Shown: in pieces, positions 52,301 through 64,000 of the stretch
Numbering within the stretch: position 1 is the stretch's first letter
Layout: each line of letters starts with the position of its first letter
NCBI RefSeq assembly: GCF_036321535.1
Contig: NC_087437.1
Coordinates: forward strand, 92,072,001-92,136,000
Origin: Camelus dromedarius
Lineage: Eukaryota
Reading direction: 5' to 3'
DNA length: 64,000 nt
Translations under genes and position numbers: made by a program
Notes under the pieces: generated by a model
The model's database searches: none
The model's input: only the letters and a program-made list of their open reading frames with translations
Told to the model about the DNA's origin: nothing

Positions 52301-54029
52301 AAAAAGTATTTTCACTACTTATTCTGAAAAATTAGCATTCACAGGTTTGAATTGCCCTTTACCACGACTGTCAAATACCCACCCCCCACAATATAGCTGA
52401 CTTTGTCCATATACAATTCTGTGGTTTGTCTTCACACATGAGAACTGAAGAAAAAAAAATCAATATTTTGATTTACAGATTGTAGCCATTTTCCTCTGAT
52501 TTCAGTTACTAGTGCCAGGATTCCTTCCATCGTCTTCTGATAGACCATAAGAGAGCAATCAGCAGAAGTAAATGCTATTTTAATACTTGACATTATTAGA
52601 AAACATTTTATGAAATTTTACAATAATCACTTAAGATTTAATTTTCAAGATATATTTTGTAATCAATATTAAAAAAAAAAGACCTCAGTACGTAAATGAT
52701 CTACATTTAATTTGCTCAGATATTTTGGATACTTTGAAACTCACCTAATCTTTAGCAAGTATCATTTCATCATGGATGAAGTTAGATACACTTCTCGTTC
52801 ACTTAAGTAACACATGAAAGATTTATAATGGATTTATTCTATGATCCACATTCAAAATCACTCAGATTTGCCAGCTGAACGATCTTCAATGTTTTGATGT
52901 GATTTATTCCATGCAGGTATCTCAATTAAACTTGAAATTATGCATTAAGTGAAAAGATAAATGTAAGCATTCAATTTATTTTTAGAAATTGACATTGTAA
53001 GATTAATTGCTTGGGTGCCATTATGGACAATTGGCCTTTGTTAACAACAGGTTTTCTTTCCAGAAACATTTTTTTTTTTAATTCCTGGAATAAACTTCTT
53101 GAAGCTTTGGGTTGAAAATAATTTAATTAAAATTATAATTCAAAAAATAAGCTTTGTTTTGGTCAAACAGCATCTAAGCACAAGGAGGAAAAGTATTTAT
53201 GACTAGATTTCTCCTAGCTCAGAACCTTACACATTCTATTTCCCTTTTATAGTATGTGTTCTTTCTACCTTTTGAAAAATTTTTTACACAGTGCCTAGAA
53301 TGTATGGACCTAGGTTGTTAAGTGGACATAGGTAAATACAAACAGAAATCATACATTTTAAGTCCCCACTCAGTGACTGGTGATCGTAATAAAAGCTAAT
53401 ATTACATATTTCCAAGAAAAAATATTTTTTAAGGTTTATTTTAAAATACTGCCTTCCTCAAGTTTTAGGTTAAATAAATTAATCCTCTCTAGTCCTTGCA
53501 ATTCCAAACATCTTTTATATTTTCTAATAGACAATGTTTTTTTTTTATAAACATGTGTATGCATTTGTTTCTTCCTGTTTTTGACTGGTTTTCCAGAAAG
53601 CACAGTACCTCCTCCTCTCTAGCCTTTTCTTCCTTCCTGGTATATGAGGAGGGACTCAGTCTCACAATTTCTGAAAAAGCAGGCTTTTTGTTGGTGTCTG
53701 GGCCCCTAGTCCTGCTAGGGCTTGTAAAAAGGAATGCCTAACACATTGAAAGGGTTTAGTACATTATTGTGGGGGCAGGAAGCTGAATGAATGAATGATA
53801 AAAAATTAAATTTCAAAGTAAGGTAAAAACGGTACAGAGAGGAGGCAATAATTGGCAAAAAAATAAAAAAGATGTTGTGGTAGAAAATACTGTATCCTTT
53901 GTTGATTTATTTGGGCAACTCAGCATCTTCTCAGGAAAATGGGAAGAGGAGGTGATAAAGATATAGATTGTTCTTTTAGGCTCCAGGGAGAGAAAACTTC
54001 AGGGTGTATTGTTGTGAATTCCTTGGCCT

Positions 54030-55520
54030 ACACTCCAGGACTTTCTCTGTACGCTGATCACACCTACACCTCGCTCCCAGGCTTAACTCCCATCACAGCT
54101 GGGCTCATGAAATTACACCATCACTAGCATGGATATTTCTGAGACCTCTTGTGTATATCGTTGTCTGTTTGACATCTTCACCTGGATACCCAGAAGGCAT
54201 CTCAAATATTATAATTAAGTTCTTGCTACCCTCCCCAGACTGCAAAGTCCTCCTTCCTGTGCTGCCACATCTCAGTTGTTAGCAGTTCCATTTTCCAGCT
54301 GTTGGATCGACAACATCACATCTATCTTTGACACTGAGTACCTATTCTATCAGCAAATCTTCTATTTGCTCTAATATTTACCTTAGATCAAATTTACCAT
54401 TCCCAGCACCCTCTGAGGTGACAGTATTTCTATAAACTGAACTGTGTCCTCTCCTAATTCCTATGTTGAAGCCTGAACCCCAAGTACCTCAGAGTGTGAC
54501 TCTATTTGGAAACAGACCCTTTAAAGATTTGGTAAAAGTCAATGGAGACCATTAGGGTGGGCTCTGATTCAATTGGTCCGGTGTCCCTACAAGAAGAGGA
54601 GATGAGGACACACGAACAAGAAACCAGGGATGTGCGAGCACAGAGAAAAGACCACAGGAAAACACAGTGAAAAGGTGGCTGTCTGCAAGCCAAGGAGAAA
54701 GGTTTCAGAAGAAACCAAACCCACCGACACCTTGATCTTGGACTTCTAGCCTTTGGAACTGTGAGAAAATACATTTTTGTCATGTAAGCCAATCAATCTG
54801 TGGTATTCTGTTATGGCAGCCCTAGCAAACTAACACAGACAGCATCATCTCCCACCCACACTGCTACAGTGGTCCTTGATTTTTCTGTTTTTACCTGAAC
54901 TCTCTATATTGTTCACCACACAATATCTCAAGTTACTCTTTCAAAACAAATTTCAATACATGACTTTTCTACTCAAGGGAGTCCAATTATTTCCCATCTT
55001 GCTCAAAATAAAACCCACAATTTATTCCTTTGAACTGCTGGATGTACGATCTTTCCCAGAGCTACTTCTCTGACCTCTGCTCCTTCCAGGACACCCCTCC
55101 TTTCCCAACTCTAACGACGGTAGATCCTTAGCTGTTCTTTTGACACATCTAGCATGCTTCTGCCCCAGGGCCTTTGCACATATGGTTCAATCTGCTTTTC
55201 ACTCTTTCCCCAGTTTTCCGTATCTTGAACCTTCTTTCATATTTCTTTTGTAATACAAACTTATCAGAGAGCCTTTCATGACAACTCTCTTTAAAATAAT
55301 GACTACCTTCCTGTGCCTTCATATTAATATTCTTTTTCCCTACTTCATTCCCTTCATAGCACAAATATTTACATATTTACATGTGTCTGGACTCTCTTCC
55401 ATCATCAAACTTAAGCTTCCTAGAGCAGGGACCCTGTTTATTTCACTCATGGTGCATTCCCAATGTTTAGAATAGTTTATAGCACATTATTTGATAAGAA
55501 ATATTATGAAATATATGAAT
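54030..55520 (+). mobile_element. L2a-like element split by MLT1B
   Basis: 'tttgacatcttcacctggatacccagaaggcatctcaaa', 'ccccagggcctttgcacatatggttc', 'aagcttcctagagcagggaccctg'. Confidence 0.85.
54425..54837 (+). mobile_element. MLT1B-like solo LTR with 5-bp TSD
   Basis: 'ctgaactgtgtcc..tatgttgaagcctgaacccc.agtacctcagagtgtgactctatttggaaa...ggcagccctagcaaactaacaca'. GACAG at 54420-54424 and 54838-54842. Confidence 0.92.
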
Positions 55521-56744
55521 TACCTAAATCATTTCTTAAGAATAGGTATCAATATAGATCACCTTGTTTATCAGTTGTTTGGCCTGCCTGTTAATAGTCT
55601 GATTAGGTCACGTTTGCCCCTCCTATTTCTGATCTACCTTTTTCTAGAGTTGAGTTTCATGTTTTTGCCTTTTTTTTTTGGCTTCTGTCTCAATTTAGAA
55701 TCTGTTCCAGGTATGGCTCATCTCTTCAGTTACAGTGATTTGTCATTATAAAATATAATCTTAATTTCCATGAATTTAGTTATACTAAATTTATTTTGTG
55801 ACAGTGTTTAATATCAAAATAGTTTTTGGTGTTGTTTTTTTTTTTTGTTTTTTTGCTCTTTTAGCTGTTGCTGTTGTTGCCTATTTGTTTTCTTTTCTTC
55901 AAAAGATACCAAGTATTTGCTTGGAAAGAAAATGTAGAGAGACTGGAGATAGCTAACTAAAACAATATATCCCTTTTCTCTCTCTTCATCGATATAACCT
56001 GCCTTTCAAACATTTCAATTTCCTCATGCTGTTTCCCAGCTCAAGATTGCTTCCAACATCAATCACTTTTGGCCCCTGTCCTCTCAAGCATATTTAGTAT
56101 CCTTAAAAGGAAATATAAGAGTGTTGCACATACAAAAGTTGTGTCTAGTCCTAAGGAAAACTCAGAGAGATGATTATTTAGTTTAAAGATAACAACTATG
56201 AAATACTGGGTGTAAATAAGTAAACCGAGAGATGCAGGCCTGACCTGAGGCTGACACCTACTTCCTGTTTACATTTCACTGTCTCCTGGAATTGAGATTT
56301 TATTACAAAACAAAAGTGAAACTTGGGAATGTACTTTCGCTGAGAATTAAATTCTTAGCCTGTCAGAAGTGGCAAATATTTTGCCAGTATTACTATAGTC
56401 TGATCTCTTGCTCTCATAATAACAGGTATGAATCATTTTTATCTAATTTATTTGGTTTCACATTTCAAATAATGGTGCATCCTTGTAGCTGCATTATGTC
56501 ACTGAGTTTTACACTGGATGAGAAAAGAAAAGATAGCTTACACAAGTGGCATGTTAAAATTATCAGCCAAAAGTTAAAATTTAAATTTTCAGATTGAAAG
56601 TTCAGCCACATCAAACACAAGATGACAAACAAGGTCCAGAATTAATCATCCACAAAATTATGACAACAGTAGCAGCCAAAATATTTAAATGGCTCCTCAG
56701 AAAAGATGCCTTAAGTAATACAGGGCACACCTGACTTTATGTAT

Positions 56745-57453
56745 TGTGTTAGTTCCCAATTGCTACCGTAACAAATTACCTCAAGCTTAATGACTTAAAA
56801 CAATACAAATGTATTTCCTTACATTTCTGAAGGTTAGAAGTCTATCATCGTGGTGTTAATTGGGCTGCACTGTTTCTTGAGGCTTCAGGGAAAAACTGTT
56901 TCTTTGTCTTTCTCAGCTCTGCGTGGCTGCCTGGATTCCTTGGCTCAGAGCTTCTTCCTCACATTACTATGACCTTGAGTCCTAGCTCCTACTGTTGACT
57001 GAACTGCCTGCCCTCCTCTTATAAGAATGCTAGTGATTACATTGGGTCCACCTGGGTAATCCAGGAAGACCTCTTTAAATCAAAACAAGGGGGGTGGGGG
57101 GGGGTGGGAAGGGACAGACTGGGATTTCAAAATGTAGAATAGATAAACAAGATTATACTGTATAGCACAGGGAAATATATACAAGATCTTGTGGTAGCCC
57201 ACAGCAAAAAAGAATGTGACAATGAATATTTGTATGTTCATGTATAACTGAAAAATTGTGCTCTACACTGGAAATTGACACAACATTGTAAACTGACTAT
57301 AACTCAAAAAAATTATTTTTTAATTTTAAAAAAATTAAAAGAAAAAAAAAATCCTTACCTAATTCACACCTTTACCACTGAGGTAAGCGATGCATTGGCT
57401 CCCTGCAGTGGGATTAGCCATCCCTGGGAGGGGTATATTCAGTCTGGAACACA
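56745..57453 (-). mobile_element. MLT1 (MLT1C/D-like) LTR interrupted by a young L1
   Basis: 'tgtgttagttcccaattgctaccgtaacaaattacc..ttaaaacaatacaaatgtattt' ... 'gattacattgggtccacctgggtaatccagga'. Resumes at 'tccttacctaattcaca' after the L1. Confidence 0.85.
57086..57351 (+). mobile_element. Young L1 3' UTR fragment
   Basis: Closely similar to 33626-33880 ('gggtgggaagggacagactggga...gtataactgaaaaattgtgctctacactggaa'), with an A-rich tail. No clear TSD. Confidence 0.95.
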
Positions 57454-58209
57454 TGAACAAATAACATTTGAATACACACACATATACGCATACGTGTAAT
57501 TGTTTATGTATACATATCAAATTTCTCAAATAAAACATTGAATACATTTGGTTGATTCAGTTGCATTATGTAGTACTAGAGGATAAAAATGCCAAATACA
57601 GATAATCTCTTGGGGGAATTTTGTACTAAACATTCTGTACTCTTCTCAGAATCAGCTAGTCTGCAACTGATTTTGTTTTCCTCTTTTTTGCCCCTGACAA
57701 GCTACTTGAGGCTTTTCTTATTTGTACCGGGAGAATTTTCTTGCTGCCTGCTAGGCACATTGGGTAGTCAGACACATTGGTCACTGTCTGATATTGATTT
57801 AATTTCACTGTATCAAAACTCACAGTATCTCTCAGCCCCTAGATTTCAGCACATCACCATGTTAAAGCTACTTCAACAGTCCTGTCATTTCAATTTTTCA
57901 CACTTTTCTGTTTGTTTATTATTTTGACAATCATATACCACAATACATACCAATAGGCAATACTGTAGAAAAATATGAAAACCTCTGTGTCATAAAGTCA
58001 CTTTAAAATAATGGTGATCCAGGAGTACTTCAAAATCAAATATTTGATAAACTTATTATACCAACTCTATTTTTAGTGGAGAGGGGCATTTTAAACCCCA
58101 ATATCAATGTTTCTTACTTCCAGTTCACCTGATGTTTATTTAAAGATTTTACCATTTGGCAAACTGCAGCCAGGACAATGCTGTTCATGACCAGGTGTTT
58201 CATATCAAC

Positions 58210-58655
58210 CATGTCTGCTTCTAAGTAATTGCCTCCTCACACTTCAGTCTCTCCCTGTTCACTGCGGTCAAAGGACACTGTCCATCTATTATTTCCCAGA
58301 ACGATCTGATCTCCTTTTCTCGTTAGTTTTTTTCACCTAGTACTTCAGATCCCAGCTTAAATTTCAGTGAGGAAAAAGTGCTTTCTTTTATTGCCCAAAA
58401 TACATTAAATCATTCCATCGATTTTTCTCATAGCATTTTATTATTTTCCTTCAAAGCACTTAAGATAACTTATAATATTGTTTATATGTGTGTGTTTCTT
58501 TCTTTAATGCCAATATTCCCCAGTAGATACCCCCCAGTAAACTATAAAGTTAAAAAGGAAAGAAGCTAAGTCTGGTCTAGTTTACCCCTCAGTCCATGCC
58601 AAGACCTTTCATAAGCACAACAGCTGGCTAGCGTTCAATAAATAATTCTTAAATA
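58210..58655 (+). mobile_element. L2 3' portion
   Basis: 'cttcagatcccagcttaaatt', 'ttttccttcaaagcactta', 'gcacaacagctggctagcgttcaataaata'. Confidence 0.65.
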
Positions 58656-60599
58656 TGTCTCTGACTTGGCGTAGTTATCTAGAGTTTTTCTGGTTTTACT
58701 ACATTATGCTTGATATTTTGGAAAACACTTTCATTCCCCAGCAAAGTTCTCCTTTCTGTGCCTGGAATGTGTCTTCTGCTTGGCTTTCAGCACAGCCTTC
58801 TCATCCTACGTGAACCGCTGACTGCCTTGGAAACTCTTCCCCCTGTTTGGTTACCTGCACCTGTATTTGTCAGACGACCTAGTGCTAATTAGTTTGAAAG
58901 AAATCTAACAGAGATGTATCATGGATTAAAAGATATATTTCCACCTTCCTCTCCCTGAAGCAATTGAAATCATCCAAAGAGCACAACTGAAATTATGTTT
59001 CAATTGACTTGTTGAAAGAAAGACAAAAATAAAAAATAGGTAATCTATTAGACTCAAGAACAACAGACGTATGAGACATTTTTCATTCTGGTTCATCCAC
59101 TGAGCAGACATTGCACAAATTTGCTAGTCATTTATAGGGGAGAAGAAAGATGAGAAAGAAGGGCAGGCATCTCAGTGGACCCACTAACTTTGCTATAACC
59201 ACTCAGACCAAAAAGTTGTTACTCTAACTAATACCTGTAATTATGGACAACGTACATTTAATAATTGCAACACTCCAAAATAGTTCACTCTGGTTAACAA
59301 ATAATACAGCATATGTTTTAAAAATTTCCATGTAACAAGTAATGGAATGCTATGATTCATTCTTATTTACTTGATGCCAGAGAGCAAGCTCTACTAAAGG
59401 AAGGATTTTTATTTTGTATACTCTTATACCCATGGTCAGTGGAACAATAACTGGTACATACCGGATATTCAACAAGTTCTTATTGCATTATTGAATTAAT
59501 ATTAATTTTGTCACATTTAATATTTTATGTTTCATAGGAGAAATCTTTTTCTGGCTAGGAGAAAAATCAAACCTCACAGAAGTCAACAAATAAATAAATC
59601 CCTTTTTTCATAACTGTTCATCACATTTTTTTGTCATACAAATTAGCTATAATTTTAGGGAAGCTTGAAACAAGCTGAAAATGTGATTTAAGAGCCTATG
59701 ACACTTAGGAAAAGTTCCTTTAATTTCATAAAGTAAAATGTTCCTGAAATCTATCAGTATGAATCAAAGTTTCAATAATCTAAAAAGAATGCCAACTTTT
59801 CTAGAAACTATAAATTTTGAGGCGATTTTTTACCCCCTCCCTCCTTTCTACTGAGCTCTGGTGTCTTCATCTAGATTGGGGGGACCTGAGGACAAATAGG
59901 AGGCTTTCTCACATCTTCTATTTAAAATGTTTCCCTGTATCTCTGAAGCAATGGCATTTCAAGTGAAATTCTTACCCACACAAGTCCTATAAATACACTC
60001 TGCCTATAAAGTGCCAATATGACTTGTTGAACAGTAAAAAGATGATTTTTTTTTTTTGCTATGACTCCTATCTCACCAGTTTTTCAAAGTGGAAAAAAAA
60101 ATGCTTTGCTGTCCTCAGACTTAATTATTAATTCTCCATGAATAATCCAGAAAGCACTCAAATGATAGAATCCACTAAAAAGATGGCCTCTTTTTGCCAT
60201 GGTGGGGATAGGAGAGAATTTGAACAGTCAAACATGAACAAAGAAAGTGTATATGAAAATATCGCGAGAGAAAGCTCTCCCAGACCTGAGAGTAAGTGCA
60301 CTGAGATGAGTGTGTGGAACAGGCGCTCCTGGGCTTCTGCCCTTGATGCCAGAGTGAGACAAAAATCCACGGGAACAGTCACATGGGCTTCTGCTTATCA
60401 GCCAAATTTGGAAGTCAGAAACTGGGCAGTTAACTCTCCTTCTAGCAGGAAATTCTGTTACTAATTCTTTTAAGAACTGTGCTACAAGGTAATCCACCAA
60501 TCGTGTTATACTCGATCTAGGTGCATCTTCAGATTTACTTCTCTCTTTATATATTTACATTTCGAATACAAACTGAAACAATTCCATGTGTGGGACTTT

Positions 60600-61000
60600 G
60601 TAGTACTTTGTAAGGATTCAAAATTAAGTAGTTTTGGGGTTTTTTTCTGAAGGAGAAAGAAATACCAGCTGGTTGGGAATGGAGAAGTGAGACAGGGAAG
60701 GTCCAGCAGCAAACACAGCGTGCAGCCACCACTGGGGGCGCCTGCAGCTTAGATCCCTGAGGACACTGGAGGTGATGGGAGAGAACTCACTCCTCTGCTA
60801 CATCGCCAGGGGAAAAAAAGCATAGTAGGTATTTATACTCCACCTCCCACCAATAGTTGGTCCAGCATTGCTCCTAGAGGGTAATTTCCCACCCCTCTGG
60901 CCTAACCCCTAGAGGCAAAGGGAGACTCTCTCTGGCTTCAGGCCGTGATGTAGATGCTGGTGGTAGAAAACTGATGAAGTCTGAGGAGTGTGTCTGCTCT
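60600..61000 (-). mobile_element. ERVL LTR33-like LTR
   Basis: 'gggaatggagaagtgagacagggaagg...ccactggggg...ggtatttatactccacctcccaccaatagttgg..ttgctcct' matches the reverse LTR33-type layout. Confidence 0.7.
60726..60744 (+). promoter_or_regulatory. Candidate CTCF motif inside the LTR33-like element; function untested
   Basis: 'ccaCCACTGGGGGCGCct' fits the CCASYRGGKGGCRS core and retains a CpG. Confidence 0.4.
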
Positions 61001-61436
61001 ATCATTATTAGATATTCTTTTAGAAAAGGATGTTTTAGTGAATGCATAGTATTTCTTTATTTGATTAAACTCTAAGTATATTAAACCTATGCCTTATTTC
61101 ATTTCTGAAAGGCCAAGAATATCTGTAAAAGTGTTAATATTCAGTTTTGTCTAAGATAAAAAGATCTTACATCAGAATTAATGAACCAATAATTAAAAGA
61201 AACAGCTATTCTTAAACATTTTGATATATACTGCAAAATTACCTTCCAGAATATGTGCACCAGTCTCTACATATCCACTTGTAGCATAAGAGAATACAGC
61301 CCTTCTAATGCACATAGTGAGCTACTATTTATTTTATCCTTGCCAAACTGAGAAAATTTATCCAATGAATGTTTTAATTTGATTTCATTCATTGGTTTTG
61401 ATTTTGTTTCTTTTTTTTCTAATTTGATTTCATTTC

Positions 61437-62443
61437 ATTATTAATGTTTTCTATTGCTGCTGTTAACAGATGACCACAAACCTGGTAACTTAATAGAAAT
61501 GTATTATCTTCTAATTCTGGGAGCCAGAATTTTGAAATGGGCCTCATTAGGCTTAAATCAAGGTGTTATAGAGCTGCATTCCTTCTGGAGGGTCTAGGTA
61601 GAGGAGAATCCATTTCTATGACTTTTCCAACTTCTGGGGGTCCCCACTTTTCTGGCCTCATGTCCACATCCACCTTCAAAGTCCTTTTAGTTTTCTCACA
61701 GCACGTCATTCTGACTCTGCCTTTCTCTTCCATCTTTGAAAGATCCTCGGGGTTGTACTGGGCTCACCCACAGAATCCAGGACTATCTCCTTATTTTAAG
61801 GCCAATTAGAATCCTTAATTCCATCAGCAATCTTAATATCCCCTTACCTTTGTAGGGGAGACATAAAGGTACCTCTACCTTTTTAACATCTTCAGCTGGG
61901 CCTGAGAATTCAATTGACATAATACAAGTCACCAGAAGGAAAGTATGCAAATACATTTAATAGAAGTTTCACATGACATGGGAGCCTTCCTAAGGAAATA
62001 AAGACGCAAAGGAATGGCAAAACCCAAGTGCTTATATATTAGGTTGAACAAAGAGGCAACTGCCGGGAAGTAATTAAACATGTCAGGAGACTGAAGCAAG
62101 ATAAAAGTTATTTTAACAATGTACATTAGTACAGAATTTTCTGGGCCTCAACTCCCGAGCTCTGGTGATAAGAATGTTTCTTTCTTTTTGGTATCAAGAG
62201 GGCATCATTCTCACAAGAATTTTATCTCCTGCTTTTAGGAAGGAAAAAGAGAAGTCAAGCACCCTTCTTGCACCTGCTGTTTTCTAAGTGCCTTTAGCTC
62301 CAAGTAATTCTCATGCCAAAGGGGCATATTTTAGGGTGGCAAATTCTGTCACCCTTTACCCCAAAGCACAACATAATCGCAGGTCCCAGAGATGGCAATG
62401 TGGACATCTTTGGGGAGGGACATTGTTTTCCTTCCTAATACCA
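61437..62443 (-). mobile_element. MLT1 (MLT1C/D-like) LTR split by a MER34-like LTR
   Basis: 'ttctattgctgctgttaaca..ccacaaacctggtaacttaa', 'atcaaggtgt..gagctgcattccttctggagg'. Resumes 'acataatcgcaggtcccagaga..gtggacatctttgggg'. Confidence 0.85.
61851..62358 (-). mobile_element. ERV1 MER34-family solo LTR
   Basis: The right end 'tgcctttagctccaagtaattctcatgccaaaggggcatattttagggtggcaaattctg..ccttta' is the reverse of the MER34 start. The left end is 'tgtagggga'. Confidence 0.85.
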
Positions 62444-62862
62444 GTAAAGTTGAATATTCAGCATATTTTACTCCCAATTTGTACTTTTTCCGTGAATGCT
62501 TTATGGTTTTTTTTTACTGTTTTGTTAGAGAGTTGATATTTTTCTTCTTGACTTCTAAACATATCTTTTTTATATATGTTAGCCCTGTTATACCTTTTTC
62601 TCCAAGCTCTGCATTTCCCTTTTAATTCTTTACATTCTTTAAATTCTTTAATTCCCATTTTTATTCTTGTAAATATGATTCTTTATTTTGATGTCCAGTG
62701 CTTTTAATTATACTTTTGTTTAGCTGTCTTTACTTTTATCTTTATTTCCACACATATCACAATAATTCTTATTTTCATCCTATTTTTTTTATCATTCCCT
62801 TCTTATTTCTGTTAATCCTATCTGTAAAGTCTTCATCCAGAACACATACTTACCGTATGTTC

Positions 62863-63410
62863 TGATAAAAGAAAATTTCACATATTGAGGTACAGAGAAG
62901 TCATTCTGGTGTATACCTGAGTTAACTTGAATTTCATGCTAAGTAAAGCAGCCTGTTTGTGGTCTATTGAACATACCTTGTACATCTGCTTTAATTATTA
63001 AAGAAAAGGGCACATTGACCAGAAGTAAAGAATGTCCATGTCCAAATGTCTCTCTTCCTGGGATGCCAATGCTGGTACACCTTTGATGATAAGACTTCCT
63101 TCTGGGGTGCCAAGGCCATACTGACTCGCTGGGTATGTGCTAGTCTGTTTTTTTGAAACCTTGAAGAAATGTATTCATGAGTTTTTTTTTTTTTAATATT
63201 CTTTGTTCTGACAACATATAAAACTGTGCTGAAAACTATGCTTCTCCAGAGAAGTTTCTCAGAGTAATCTGAGAAAAGTTTCCCAGAGTAATCTTTACAG
63301 TTTCTCAGAGTAATCTGGGAAACTGGCTTCTGAGCCATAATCCTCAGCTTGGGTCAAATAAAACTCTTTTATTTTTCTTATTGATTGTTTATTGATTATT
63401 TTTGTCGACA
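62863..63410 (+). mobile_element. ERV1-type solo LTR with 4-bp TSD
   Basis: TG...CA termini ('tgataaaag' ... 'tttgtcgaca'). TSD GTTC at 62859-62862 and 63411-63414. TATA-like 'catataaaa' at about 63214 and AATAAA at about 63357. Confidence 0.92.
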
Positions 63411-64000
63411 GTTCCCAGAGGTTGCACAACAATGTTTTCTTCATTGAACAAAGCATTTGTAGATGTAGATCATGTTCATTCTGAGAATATATTGCTTCAA
63501 TTTTTGTGTTCTTTTGTCTCATACACAATTTTATTCTCCTTTCAATTAGTTTCAAGTTCATTAAGCATATATGATATGTCTTCCATTTTGTTTTTATTCC
63601 TTCTTCTATTTGATAAACAGTGATCACATTGAAATTGTATTGACAAGCTGAAAAATATTAGCAGATTCGCAGAAATTTTTAGCTAAAAGGTGGCAACATT
63701 TCAGAGCTACTGTCAGAAGTAATAGCAAATCACACAGAAAAAATGTGGTGTGATATCTTTGTGTCTGTCATGATTATGTAAAGAAGACACAGAGAGTAAA
63801 TGTGAATAACATTTATTTAAGGTTTAAGCTGAGAGACTGAAATGCAAATGAATTATACATTTTCAAAAGTAGGCGGTCTTTTGAAGGGAGCATTGTAATT
63901 CTTCCCTGATTTTTATTATAGTTTGGAATTAATTTATCTCCATAAGAACTTATTTTAGGAATTATGAAGGCTAGCAAATGAATTGAATACATACGCATTT

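Larger units (their letters stand above)
61030..62700 (-). mobile_element. Old L1ME-like ORF2 remnant hosting MLT1 and MER34
   Basis: 'acattttgatatatactgcaaaattaccttccagaa..caccagt', 'ttgccaaactgag', 'ttttaatttg'. Resumes 'aagttgaatattc..catattt..atttgtactttttccgtgaatgc' at about 62447. Confidence 0.65.

Noticed and set aside
60138..60464. 108-aa hydrophilic ORF
   Set aside because: No recognisable homology, and overlapping ORFs on both strands are consistent with chance.
63253..63316. Repeat-spacer pattern as a CRISPR-like array
   Set aside because: Spacers are only 4-6 bp, there are three units, it lies inside a retroviral LTR in mammalian DNA, and no cas genes are present.
1..64000. ORF-track entries as protein-coding genes
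   Set aside because: They are short, often low-complexity F/L/I/K-rich translations with no recognisable domains or consistent exon chain. Many lie in TEs. A small real exon cannot be excluded without alignment.

Overview
AT-rich, CpG-poor eutherian non-coding DNA, either intergenic or deep intronic. I can support no protein-coding exon, RNA gene or CRISPR array. The listed ORFs are chance ORFs or transposon-derived, and the only clearly protein-like translation is an L1 ORF2 fragment at 32102-32518. The window is a transposon fossil record. Old elements include L2, MIR, a probable CR1/L3 remnant, hAT MITEs (MER53, MER58-like), MaLR/ERVL/ERV1 LTRs and L1MC/L1ME pieces. There are also four younger related L1 3' ends, three of them with clear TSDs. 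Their 3' UTR type and the absence of Alu, B1/B2, BovB/Bov-tA, PRE1 or CAN-SINEs suggest a cetartiodactyl, most likely a camelid (inference). The most notable structures are: a twin-primed 5'-inverted L1 whose ORF2 piece carries in-frame deletions; a complete LTR-internal-LTR MLT1A provirus nested in an L1MC1-like element bracketed by a 16-bp direct repeat; inverted copies of an L1's own tail inside two L1s; and direct-repeat-flanked microsatellites. I found no convincing new biological system. Family names come from recalled consensus similarity, not a database search, and boundaries of old elements are approximate.
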